Shown here piece after piece: positions 28,959 through 38,270 of a stretch of 64,000 nucleotides of DNA. The stretch's first letter is position 1. Every line of letters begins with the position of its first letter. A program made the position numbers and the translations under genes. The notes beneath the pieces are model-generated. The model saw only the letters and a program-made list of their open reading frames with translations, made no database searches and was not told where the DNA came from. The stretch is taken from sequence record DRR723986_576; one strand, given 5' to 3'.

Positions 28959-29417
28959 TTATTTTTCCGGCTCAACGATGGCGATCGGCCCCCAGCTTCT
29001 GTTCAGCGCTTGCTTCAAACCATTGAAGGCGGTTTTGCCGATTCGCTTGCGAAGCTCCTCCTCAATACCCAATAAAATTGCCTGGGCATCGCGGCGAATA
29101 TCATCCGCCTCGGCGCTGAACTTCACCATTTTCGCGCGCTTGTCTTTGGGGTCGGGTACAAGCTCCAAAATGTTTTCGTCCTTTAAACCCTGCAGCAACT
29201 GGTGGATCGCCTGACGGCTCACACCGAGGTTGCGCGCCATATCAGCAGGGCGGTTAATGCCCGCGGTTACGCTCAACATAATCATCGAACGGGTGCGGTT
29301 CATCCGCTCCCAACCGGCCGCAGCCAAACTCGCCTGCAAGCTTTCGTCCACCCAGTATAGGGCGTAGGCAAGTGTGCCGATCAAATAGCCCTGATCCTGC
29401 TCAACCAATTTCTTCAT
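28959..29417 (-). CDS. MarR family regulator
   Basis: RPADMARNLGVSRQAIHQLL HTH, PDPKDKRAK wing. Confidence 0.9.
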   Translation of the reverse strand: MKKLVEQDQGYLIGTLAYALYWVDESLQASLAAAGWERMNRTRSMIMLSVTAGINRPADMARNLGVSRQAIHQLLQGLKDENILELVPDPKDKRAKMVKFSAEADDIRRDAQAILLGIEEELRKRIGKTAFNGLKQALNRSWGPIAIVEPEK

Positions 29418-29506
29418 AAGTTCATTTCACTTTCTCTGTGGTGCCAGCGATTGTAGGGCAAACTGAAAAAAAACACCCTACCAGCATGCCATAGCGTTTA
29501 TTTTTT

Positions 29507-29523
29507 TGTAAACTATATTGACA
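29507..29523. promoter_or_regulatory. Shared palindromic operator copy 3
   Basis: tgtaaa ctata ttgaca between marR and the hydrolase gene. Confidence 0.7.
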
Positions 29524-29561
29524 ATAAATCAGAGCACAGCCTCGCCAAAAGGATAAATATA

Positions 29562-30734
29562 ATGAGCGAATCGACGAGAAGCTACGAGCGTATTCCCTAT
29601 TTAATTTTCTATCAGGATAAAAGCCCGTTTAAGGAAACCTACGGCGGCCCGCTGGATTTTGGCGCCCTTAAATCCCACCATCTCAAGCCCAAACAGCCGC
29701 GCTGCAACAACGTCATTCTGTTTATGCACCCCGTTGGCGGCGGCGAATACCTGCCGATGGTGGTCGCCATGGCCAAGGCTGGTTACCCGGTCATTTACTG
29801 CCAAAGCCGCTACTCCGGTAACGACAGCGCACTGATTATGGAAAAAGTCGCCATCGATATGGGCAACTGCATCCGCCATGCCAAAGAAGAGCTGGGTTAC
29901 GACAAAGTGATTCTTGCGGCGTGGAGCGGCGGCGGCTCACTGTCGCTGTTTTATCAAAGCCAGGCGGAAAACCCGACCATTACCCACACCCCCGCGGGCG
30001 ACTCGGTAGACCTCACCATTCAAGGGCTGATTCCGGCCGACGGCGTGATGATTCTTGCCGCCCATGTCAGCCGCGCCCATACCCTTACCGAATGGATGGA
30101 CGCCTCAATTCTCGATGAAGCCAACCCGGACAACAAAGACCCAGGCCTGGACCTCTACGACCCGGCCAACCCCAATCAGCCGCCCTATAGCGAGGAGTTC
30201 CTCAACCGCTATCGCGCCGCGCAAATTGCCCGCAACAGAAAGATTACCGCCTGGGTAAAAGACAAGCTGCAATACCTGAAAGACAGCGACCGACCCAACG
30301 ACGAATTTGGCTTTGTGGTACACGGCACCATGGCCGACCCGCGCTGGCTGGACCCCAGCGTCGACCCCAACGACCGACAGGAAAATTGGTGCTACCTCGG
30401 CGACCCCAAAGTCGTGAACAATGGCCCCGTTGGGCTAGCCCGATTCTGTACCCTGCGAAGCTGGTTGTCACAGTGGAGCTACGACGACTCCAATGCCGAC
30501 GGCCAAGCCTGCGCAGCGAAAATCAGCGTGCCAATTCTCGTCATTGGCAACACCGCCGACGATGCCTGCACCCCCAGCCACACTCACCGCTTGTATAACG
30601 CCATTGCCCACGACGACAAAGAACTGTACGAAGTGGAGGGCGCCACTCACTACTACTTCGGCCAACCCGATAAACTCGACGACGCCATATCGCGCTGCGA
30701 TGCGTGGTTGCAGAAAAAAGGCTTTGCGGACTGA
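29562..30734 (+). CDS. Alpha/beta hydrolase fold protein
   Basis: AWSGGGS nucleophile elbow, ADDAC Asp, GATHYY His. Confidence 0.85.
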   Translation: MSESTRSYERIPYLIFYQDKSPFKETYGGPLDFGALKSHHLKPKQPRCNNVILFMHPVGGGEYLPMVVAMAKAGYPVIYCQSRYSGNDSALIMEKVAIDMGNCIRHAKEELGYDKVILAAWSGGGSLSLFYQSQAENPTITHTPAGDSVDLTIQGLIPADGVMILAAHVSRAHTLTEWMDASILDEANPDNKDPGLDLYDPANPNQPPYSEEFLNRYRAAQIARNRKITAWVKDKLQYLKDSDRPNDEFGFVVHGTMADPRWLDPSVDPNDRQENWCYLGDPKVVNNGPVGLARFCTLRSWLSQWSYDDSNADGQACAAKISVPILVIGNTADDACTPSHTHRLYNAIAHDDKELYEVEGATHYYFGQPDKLDDAISRCDAWLQKKGFAD

Positions 30735-30752
30735 GTGCTGTAAGGAAGGACA

Positions 30753-30774
30753 TGCCGGGCTTGGTCGCCCGGCA
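30753..30774. terminator. Hairpin between convergent genes
   Basis: tgccgggc ttggtc gcccggca. Confidence 0.5.
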
Positions 30775-30785
30775 CGCGAAGCCGC

Positions 30786-31925
30786 TTACCGGCTGGGATT
30801 AATCAGGTATTTCTTGCCGGTGGCCTGCTGGCTGTACTCAGCGACCACATCGGCCTGCAATACATCCAGCAGCGACACTTCATCGCTGTAGTGGCTGGCA
30901 AAGGTGGTGTGTAGCTCATCGGCCACGCGCTGGCGCAATTCGCCGGCGCGCTCCGGCCCGACCTTGGCAATAAACGGCGTCAACAGCCAGGCATTAATGC
31001 CCCAACTAAAGCCGAAGTTGCGATGGACAATGGTCGGCGACAAATCCAGGCTGCCGTAGATGTAGAGCTGCTTGAAAGTATCGGAGCCATACGGCCCCGG
31101 CAGGGCAACCTCTTTCAGCGCCGCTTTTTCCATGCAGGTGAGAATACGGCTACCCAGCTCACCGCCGCCAGTGGCGTCAAACGCCAGGTAGGCTCCCGTC
31201 TCTTCAATCGCCCGGGTCAGGTCGCTCATAAAGCTGTCGTCGCTGGAATTGCAGACGTATTTGGCGCCCTGGGATTTCAGCAACTCAACCTGCTCGGGCT
31301 TACGCACAATATTAATGAGATCAATGCCATCTTTCTGGCAGACACGGTTAAGCATCTGCCCAAGATTGGACGCCGCCGCCGTGTGGATCAGCGCCTTGAA
31401 ACCTTCGCGACGCATTGTCTCAACCATACCCAGTGCCGTCAGGGGGTTCACAAAGCAGGACGCGCCGTCGCGGGCCGAGGTGCCCTCATTCAATGGCAGA
31501 CACTGCATCACATTCACTTTGCGGTACTGGCAGTAAAGCGCGCCGTCCATCACCGCCACGGTTTTACCCAACAGTGCCTGCGCAGCGGCACTGGCACCGG
31601 CCTTGACCACGGTGCCCGCCCCTTCATTTCCCGCCGCCAGCGGCTTGCCAATTCGCGGTTTAACGCGGCCCTCCAGGCCAGGGCGCAGTTTGGCGGTGTA
31701 CACGGTATCGACACCACTGCCCGTGGTTTTGCCGGTGCTGACATCGGCGGGGGCAATCAGTGTGGCCTGATCCGAGGGGTTGATGGGGGTCGCCTCAATG
31801 CGCACCACCACCTCATCGTCGCCTGGCTCGGGGATCGGCGAGGATTTCAGTATCAGTTTGAGGTAGCCGTCGTCGGTGACCAGCGAGCGCAGTTGCAGGC
31901 CGGTATCGGGAAGCGTGTCGTGCAT
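30786..31925 (-). CDS. MDR superfamily zinc-independent oxidoreductase (enoyl/alkenal reductase-like)
   Basis: ATPINPSD, GNEGAGTV, FVNPLTA, AAASNLGQML. Confidence 0.85.
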   Translation of the reverse strand: MHDTLPDTGLQLRSLVTDDGYLKLILKSSPIPEPGDDEVVVRIEATPINPSDQATLIAPADVSTGKTTGSGVDTVYTAKLRPGLEGRVKPRIGKPLAAGNEGAGTVVKAGASAAAQALLGKTVAVMDGALYCQYRKVNVMQCLPLNEGTSARDGASCFVNPLTALGMVETMRREGFKALIHTAAASNLGQMLNRVCQKDGIDLINIVRKPEQVELLKSQGAKYVCNSSDDSFMSDLTRAIEETGAYLAFDATGGGELGSRILTCMEKAALKEVALPGPYGSDTFKQLYIYGSLDLSPTIVHRNFGFSWGINAWLLTPFIAKVGPERAGELRQRVADELHTTFASHYSDEVSLLDVLQADVVAEYSQQATGKKYLINPSR

Positions 31926-32006
31926 AGCAAATGCCCTTCTGATTATTGGACAGCTAGCCTAGCACTTTCCGCCCCCCAAACTCACCTGTGCGTAAAACCC
32001 GTTCGC

Positions 32007-34394
32007 TCACCACTGATAATTCAGCGAGGCAAAAATTTTCCGCATCGACTTCTGCCGGGTGTTGTAAGTGCCGGGGAAAAACACGGTATCGAGCACTTGC
32101 CCCAGCACTTCTTCGTCGGTGAGGTTGCTGCCGCCAACGGTAATTGCCCAGCCGGAATCCAACGATGCCAGGCTCACCCGCGCCGACACGGTGGTGTAGC
32201 CCGGCGAAAAGGTGTTTTTATCCAGGTCGCCGTCGGTGTATTGATCGCCTTGGTAAAGAATATCGACGCTGGTACTCATGGCTAAGCCGAAGACCGGGAA
32301 CTCCAATGTTGGAGTAAAGCTGGCGGTTTCTTTGGGGGCGAAGGAGATGCGTCGACCGCCAAGGTCTTGCTGGGCGTCGACACCTTCATTAATCGGCGCT
32401 GGCGCGGCGGGGTAACTGTCGTAGCGCGCATCCAACAGGCCTACAGAACCGGCAAGGCGCAGAAACGGCATTGGCGTGATCCACATAACGTCCATTTCAA
32501 GGCCGTCAGAGGTGGCGGTAGCGGCGTTTTTTACATCGAAGAAGGCACCGTTGAAGGCCAGCACTTGCAGATTTTCAAACTGAGTTTGGTACACGGCGAG
32601 GTTAAAACGCAGGGTGTTATCCAAGAAGCTGCCTTTTAAACCGGCCTCGACGGTGACGGCTTTTTCGGGCTCGAAATTGAGGTCTTCACCACCGAAGGAC
32701 GAGGCATTAAAGCCACCACTTTTGTAACCGCGGGCGTAGCTGATAAAGACATTGGTGTCTTCGTTCAAATAGTACTGAAGCGACAGCTTGGGCGACAAAT
32801 CGCTCTCTTCGCGCTCGATCCCTTCCTCCTGATATTCCTCGGCGCTTAGCGCGGTGCCCATCAAACACGGCAGCCCCAGGTTGCCAGTGCGGCAGCGCGA
32901 GGTGCCCGAGGCGTCGGCAGTTTTGGTTTCGCGGCTGTAGCGCAGCCCGGGAGTGAGTACCCACTTATCGGTGATGTACCAGCTGAATTGGGCAAAGGCC
33001 GCGTAGGCTTCCACATCCAGAAAGTAGTCCAGCAGGTAGCTGTCGTCGCCAATCAAGGTGGAACCCAGACCGGAGATCAAGCCCAAGCCCGCCAGGTTTA
33101 AACCGCCGAGCAAGCCGCCTGAGCCGGCATTGGTATTGCCACTGATCAGTTGCAGGGCGTCGTCGGTGGTGAGGTAGGCCAGCAGGTCGTCGCCGGCGGT
33201 AATTTGCGTTTGTTGTTCAAATTCCGAATGCAGAGCGTAAATACCGGCAACCAGATTAACGCCCTCGCCCAACCCGAAAAGGCTCTCGCTGCTGGCAGTA
33301 AACCGAAGCTCCAGCGACTGCTGATTGTAGTCCGAGGTCACGGCTAGTTTGGCAAGGTCGGCAGGGGAAGCGTCGAGGTCGACAAGGCTGTCGATGTATA
33401 ACTCGCTGTCGGCAACAATTAATGTCAACGCGCTGTTCTGCAATCCGGCCACGTCGCCCAGCTGCCACTCACTTAGCAATGACAGGCTGTCGGATGCTTT
33501 TTCGATAAAGCCCGGCACATTGTAGGAGCTGCGAAAGTCGTAGGGATTGTCTTCAATATTCGGGTCGTAGTTTTCAAGAAAGGTGCGGGTGTCGTCGTCC
33601 AGTTTGAAGATTTGCAGTCCCCAGTAATTGGCCATGGTTTCCGATTGGTAGGCATTCAGCTCCATATGCAGCGAATCGCTGGGGTCGAAAAAGATCTTCA
33701 AACGCTGGGCATTTTGTTCGTGTTGATCGTCGCGGCGCTGCAAAAACTGGTTATACAGGTCACCCTCTTTGTCGCGGTCCATCGCCGAAAAGCGCAGCGA
33801 AAGGTGGTCGCCCACGCCACCGGCTACGGCCGCTTCCAGGTAGCGCTCATCGGCGTCGTTTTCCTGCCATTGCAGTTTCCCGGAGAAGTCGTCGGTGGGG
33901 TCAGCCGAGCTAACATTGAATACGCCCGCCACGGTGTTTTTTCCAAACAGGGTGCCCTGCGGCCCGCGCAGGACTTCTATACGGGCAATATCGAACATGG
34001 CTTCGCTAAAGTATGAAGGGCGGTTGTAAAACACCTCGTCCTGCACGAAACCCACCGAGCTTTCGAAAGCGGCATTCAGCGGGTTGGAGCCAAAACCGCG
34101 AATATTTACCTGGGTAAGTGCCGGATCGGTATCGGAGGAAAAGCGCACATTGGGCATATACGGGGCGAGGTCTTGCAGGTTAACCGCGCCCACTTCTTTC
34201 ATAAATTCGCCGCTCACGGCGGTGAGCGAGATGGGCACATCCTGAGACGATTGCTCGACTTTCTGCGCGCTAACGATGACCTCCTCCAACACCCGGCGCT
34301 CTTTTACCGGCGCGGAAAACGCGTTGTGAGCCGTCAGTATTAGTGCAATGGCTACGCAGTGAGGACGTAACGATGTACTGCTGTTGATAAACAT
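32007..34394 (-). CDS. TonB-dependent receptor
   Basis: LEEVIVSAQK, RGPQGTLFGKN, GYKSGGFN, C-terminal YQW. Confidence 0.92.
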   Translation of the reverse strand: MFINSSTSLRPHCVAIALILTAHNAFSAPVKERRVLEEVIVSAQKVEQSSQDVPISLTAVSGEFMKEVGAVNLQDLAPYMPNVRFSSDTDPALTQVNIRGFGSNPLNAAFESSVGFVQDEVFYNRPSYFSEAMFDIARIEVLRGPQGTLFGKNTVAGVFNVSSADPTDDFSGKLQWQENDADERYLEAAVAGGVGDHLSLRFSAMDRDKEGDLYNQFLQRRDDQHEQNAQRLKIFFDPSDSLHMELNAYQSETMANYWGLQIFKLDDDTRTFLENYDPNIEDNPYDFRSSYNVPGFIEKASDSLSLLSEWQLGDVAGLQNSALTLIVADSELYIDSLVDLDASPADLAKLAVTSDYNQQSLELRFTASSESLFGLGEGVNLVAGIYALHSEFEQQTQITAGDDLLAYLTTDDALQLISGNTNAGSGGLLGGLNLAGLGLISGLGSTLIGDDSYLLDYFLDVEAYAAFAQFSWYITDKWVLTPGLRYSRETKTADASGTSRCRTGNLGLPCLMGTALSAEEYQEEGIEREESDLSPKLSLQYYLNEDTNVFISYARGYKSGGFNASSFGGEDLNFEPEKAVTVEAGLKGSFLDNTLRFNLAVYQTQFENLQVLAFNGAFFDVKNAATATSDGLEMDVMWITPMPFLRLAGSVGLLDARYDSYPAAPAPINEGVDAQQDLGGRRISFAPKETASFTPTLEFPVFGLAMSTSVDILYQGDQYTDGDLDKNTFSPGYTTVSARVSLASLDSGWAITVGGSNLTDEEVLGQVLDTVFFPGTYNTRQKSMRKIFASLNYQW

Positions 34395-34475
34395 AGGCAC
34401 CCATCTTTTCTATTATTATTGTTGTTGCGTTTGAGCCATCCGGTGCAGTGAAGCGCCTTGCACGGCCCGAATTAA

Positions 34476-34492
34476 TGTCAACTAAGTTTACA
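34476..34492. promoter_or_regulatory. Shared palindromic operator copy 4
   Basis: tgtcaa ctaag tttaca upstream of the TBDR. Confidence 0.7.
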
Positions 34493-34576
34493 TTATTAGC
34501 GGCTTTCTCTCGGCGCGTCAACTCGCCAATATGAGAATTAGCAAAATCTTGGGGGTAGACAATCGCCTCAGCATAA

Positions 34577-34593
34577 TGTCAATATTATTGACA
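34577..34593. promoter_or_regulatory. Shared palindromic operator copy 5 (perfect half-sites)
   Basis: tgtcaa tatta ttgaca upstream of the GST operon. Confidence 0.78.
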
Positions 34594-34614
34594 TAATAAC
34601 AAACGAGAGCTGCG

Positions 34615-35346
34615 ATGATCGACTTACATACGGTGCCAACCCCCAACGGCCACAAGATTTCTATTGCGCTGGAAGAGCTGGGCTTGGACTATCGCGTAAT
34701 TCCCTACGATATTAGCCAGGGCGACCAGTTTAGCCCCGAGCTATTGGCCTTAAACCCCAACAACAAGCTGCCGGTGATTGTCGATAACGATGCCGAAGGC
34801 GGGCCGATCACAGTGTTTGAAAGCGGCGCGATTCTGATTTACCTGGCAGAGAAAAGCGGCCAGCTGCTATCTCGCCAGCCCAGCCAGCGCTACGCCGAGC
34901 TGCAATGGCTGATGTTTCAAATGGCGGGCGTTGGGCCGCTGCAGGGTCAGGCCCACCACTTCGTGCGTTACGCTCGTGAAGAGCAGCCCTATTCCAAACA
35001 GCGCTACCTGCAGGAAAGCCTTCGCCAGTGCCGGGTGATTGAATCGCAGCTTAGCCAGCAGCACTATATCGCCGGAGAGCAATTCTCCGTTGCCGATATC
35101 GCACTGTGGCCGTGGCTGCGCGCCCTGCCACTGATTGGCATTCACCCCGAACAGACTTTTCCCGGTATTCATCGCTGGTTTAATGCGCTGGCAGAGCGAC
35201 CGGCCTTTCAGCGCGGTAAGGATGTCATCAACGGCTGGGTATATGACCTGCCGCCGAACTTCTATATGGAGCTGGACGATAAGACCTGGTCTTACTCCTT
35301 TGGCGAGGAGCAGTACAAGGAACGCGAACGGGGGCAGCAAGCGTGA
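34615..35346 (+). CDS. Glutathione S-transferase (YfcG/Nu class)
   Basis: TPNGHK, NPNNKLPVI, FESGAILIYLAEK. Confidence 0.9.
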   Translation: MIDLHTVPTPNGHKISIALEELGLDYRVIPYDISQGDQFSPELLALNPNNKLPVIVDNDAEGGPITVFESGAILIYLAEKSGQLLSRQPSQRYAELQWLMFQMAGVGPLQGQAHHFVRYAREEQPYSKQRYLQESLRQCRVIESQLSQQHYIAGEQFSVADIALWPWLRALPLIGIHPEQTFPGIHRWFNALAERPAFQRGKDVINGWVYDLPPNFYMELDDKTWSYSFGEEQYKERERGQQA

Positions 35347-36104
35347 CAGATTTATTCTCGGTAAGCAGCAAAACCGTATTCATAAGTGGCGGCTCTCGCG
35401 GCATTGGCGCCATGTTGGCAGAGGGCTTTGTTAACGCCGGCGCCAAGGTGATTATCAGCGCACGAAAAGCGGCAGAACTTCACGCACGCTGTGCACACTT
35501 GCAAACGCTGGGCGACTGCACCGCTATTGAAGCGGATCTGTCCACCCAGCAAGGCGTGGAAGCGCTCGCCGCCGCCATCACATCGCTCACCCCAAGGCTG
35601 GATATTTTGATTAATAATGCCGGGGCCAGTTGGGGCGCTGATATCGACAGCTTTCCCGAGTCGGGCTGGGACAAGGTGATGAATTTGAATGTGAAGTCGG
35701 TCTTCTTCCTCAGCCAACAATTACTGCCACTACTCAAGAACGCCGCCGCCGAAGACAGGCCCGCCCGCATTATTAATATTGCCTCGGTGTATGGCATGGT
35801 TCACTCGGCGCTAAAAACCTATTCCTACGGCGCCAGTAAAGCGGCGGTAATCCAGTTGACCCGTCAACTCGCGGCCGACCTGGCCAACGCCCACATTAAT
35901 GTAAACGCCATCGCGCCGGGCTATTTCCCCAGCGATATGACCGCGCCGCTGGATGACCAGTCGTTACTGCAAAGCATCCCGCTGCAACGTATGGGCAGCG
36001 CCGATGATATTGCGGGGACGGCAATTTTTTTGGCCTCCGCCGCGTCGAATTATATGACCGGCAGCACCTTGGTACTCGACGGTGGTATTGTCGCCAGTCG
36101 CTAA
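35343..36104 (+). CDS. SDR oxidoreductase (RhlG-like)
   Basis: SGGSRGIG, NNAG, YGASKAA. Confidence 0.9.
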   Translation: MTDLFSVSSKTVFISGGSRGIGAMLAEGFVNAGAKVIISARKAAELHARCAHLQTLGDCTAIEADLSTQQGVEALAAAITSLTPRLDILINNAGASWGADIDSFPESGWDKVMNLNVKSVFFLSQQLLPLLKNAAAEDRPARIINIASVYGMVHSALKTYSYGASKAAVIQLTRQLAADLANAHINVNAIAPGYFPSDMTAPLDDQSLLQSIPLQRMGSADDIAGTAIFLASAASNYMTGSTLVLDGGIVASR

Positions 36105-36134
36105 CAACTCGATCGTGAATACAGCAGGTATGTT

Positions 36135-37334
36135 ATGAACAATGCGCTTTCCGGATTGCGGGTATTGGACCTGACCCATATGTTGTCCGGCCCTTATTGC
36201 ACGATGATATTGGGCGACATGGGTGCGGAGATGATCAAGGTGGAGCCGATTGCTGGCGAAGGCACGCGCAAGTTGTTGGCCACCGACCCCGAGCACTCCA
36301 TTGACGGCATGGGCGCCTACTTTATTACGCTGAATCGCAATAAAAAAAGTATCGCCATCGACCTGAAAAGCGAGGACGGACTGGCGCTGTTTTACTCGCT
36401 GGTTGAGCAGGCCGATATCGTTGTGAATAACTATGCCGCCGGCGTGCCGGAAAAACTCAAGATCGATTACCCGCGGCTCGCCGAGATCAACCCGCGTATT
36501 ATCAGTTGCTCCATTACCGGCTTTGGCGAACAGGGGCCGGGTGCCAAACGGCCCGCCTTTGATCAGGTTGCCCAGGCCTACGGCGGCGGCATGTCGATTA
36601 CCGGCGAAGACGCGTCGCAGCCGATGCGCGCCGGCATTCCGATTGGCGACCTTGGCGGCGGCATGTTTGGTGTGATGGGCATATTGTCGGCGGTGATCGA
36701 ACGCTATCAATCGGGCCGTGGTCAGCACGTGGACATTTCCATGCTGGATGCGCAAATCTCCCTGCTTAATTACATGGCGACCATGCACTTTATGTCGGGG
36801 AACAACCCCCACCCCATTGGCAACAGCCACTTTGTGCATGTGCCCTACAACAGTTACCCCACTGCCGACGGCCACCTGGTCATTTGCGTGATTACCGATA
36901 ATTTTTGGCACAATTTAAAAGGCCTTCTGCACTGTGAGGCACTGGAAAAGCCCGAATACGACACCCAACCGGGACGCCTTGCAGACAAAGCCTTTATCGA
37001 TGCCACCCTGGCCGATATTTTCCGCAGTCAGAGCACCGCGTACTGGATGGAAAAGCTGAATGCGCAACGCATACCTGCCGCGCCGGTGAATACTTTTTCC
37101 CAGGCCTTGAACGACGAACAAGTGCTGCACAGAAATATGGTGGTCGACCTTGCCCACCCCAACGGTCAAACCACCAAGGGGCCCGGCTGCCCGATTAAAT
37201 TGTCGCGCAGCGAAGAGAGTGCCTACACCCCCGCCCCGCTTCTTGGCCAGGACACCCAACACATTCTCAGCGAGATGCTAGCGATGCCGGACGATGAGAT
37301 AGCGCGCCTGCGCAGCAACGGCATCATCGCCTGA
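36135..37334 (+). CDS. CaiB/BaiF (class III) CoA-transferase
   Basis: LSGLRVLDLT..GPYC, NRNKKS, SITGFG. Confidence 0.9.
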   Translation: MNNALSGLRVLDLTHMLSGPYCTMILGDMGAEMIKVEPIAGEGTRKLLATDPEHSIDGMGAYFITLNRNKKSIAIDLKSEDGLALFYSLVEQADIVVNNYAAGVPEKLKIDYPRLAEINPRIISCSITGFGEQGPGAKRPAFDQVAQAYGGGMSITGEDASQPMRAGIPIGDLGGGMFGVMGILSAVIERYQSGRGQHVDISMLDAQISLLNYMATMHFMSGNNPHPIGNSHFVHVPYNSYPTADGHLVICVITDNFWHNLKGLLHCEALEKPEYDTQPGRLADKAFIDATLADIFRSQSTAYWMEKLNAQRIPAAPVNTFSQALNDEQVLHRNMVVDLAHPNGQTTKGPGCPIKLSRSEESAYTPAPLLGQDTQHILSEMLAMPDDEIARLRSNGIIA

Positions 37335-37348
37335 CAGGAGTAACCGCC

Positions 37349-38254
37349 ATGGAAAAAGTATGGGTAAGAGATGTTGGCCCCCGCGACGGCTTGCAGAATC
37401 AAACTCAGGTTCTTGACCCCAAGCAGCGCCTGCAACTTATTCAGGCCTTGCTGTCAGCAGGGCTAACCCAGATTGAAGTGGGCGCTTTTGTATCGCCGCG
37501 CGCCGTTCCCGCCATGGCAGACAGCGACCACGTGGTGAGCGCCCTGGCAAATACCACCGGTGAATTTTCGGTGCTGATTCCGAATGAGAAGGGCTACGAC
37601 TTGGCGACCGCAGCCGGCGCACGCCACATCGCTATTGTGGTGGCCAGCAGCGAGACCATGAATCAAAAGAATATTGGCATGAGCAACGAACAGGCCTTCC
37701 GTTTTGCCAAAACAGTACTGACCAGAGCCAGCCACGATGGCGTGCATGCCAGCTGCTATATCGCCACCGCGTGGGAATGCCCTTTTGAAGGGAGCATTAA
37801 TGAAGACATTATCCTGCAACAAGCCGAAGTATTAATCGCCGCAGGCGCAAAAGAAATTGTATTAGCCGATACGATTGGTGCAGCGACGCCGCAGCAATCT
37901 GCAGCTCTAACTAATAAAATATGTCGCGAATTTGGTAGCGCTTTAATCGCCTGCCACTTTCACGACACCCGAGGCATGGGCATCGCCAATGCCTATGCTG
38001 CACTCGAAAGCGGTGTGCGGCGCTTTGACGCGTCTATTGCAGGCTTGGGGGGATGCCCTTTTGCACCGGGAGCCTCGGGAAATATTGCCACGGAAGATCT
38101 AGTGCTGATGCTGAATCAGCAAGGCTACAACACGGGAATTTCCCTGGCGGGTTTGGCAGCGGCGGCCAAGCTGACCCGGCAATGGTTACCGGGCGTTGGC
38201 TTGGCTAAGTCCACGCAGTGGATTGAACGGCAGATAGGAAAAGGCGCTCTCTAG
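37349..38254 (+). CDS. HMG-CoA lyase family protein
   Basis: DVGPRDGLQN, HFHDTRG, GLGGCPFAPGASGN. Confidence 0.9.
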   Translation: MEKVWVRDVGPRDGLQNQTQVLDPKQRLQLIQALLSAGLTQIEVGAFVSPRAVPAMADSDHVVSALANTTGEFSVLIPNEKGYDLATAAGARHIAIVVASSETMNQKNIGMSNEQAFRFAKTVLTRASHDGVHASCYIATAWECPFEGSINEDIILQQAEVLIAAGAKEIVLADTIGAATPQQSAALTNKICREFGSALIACHFHDTRGMGIANAYAALESGVRRFDASIAGLGGCPFAPGASGNIATEDLVLMLNQQGYNTGISLAGLAAAAKLTRQWLPGVGLAKSTQWIERQIGKGAL

Positions 38255-38270
38255 GCGCCTGTTCACACCA

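Noticed and set aside
31023-32285. 420-aa plus-strand ORF spanning the MDR gene and TBDR end
   Set aside because: Antisense to two well-supported genes; no domain signature
35964-36911. 315-aa antisense ORF (likewise 46157-47086 and 55366-56238)
   Set aside because: Shadow ORFs opposite conserved genes
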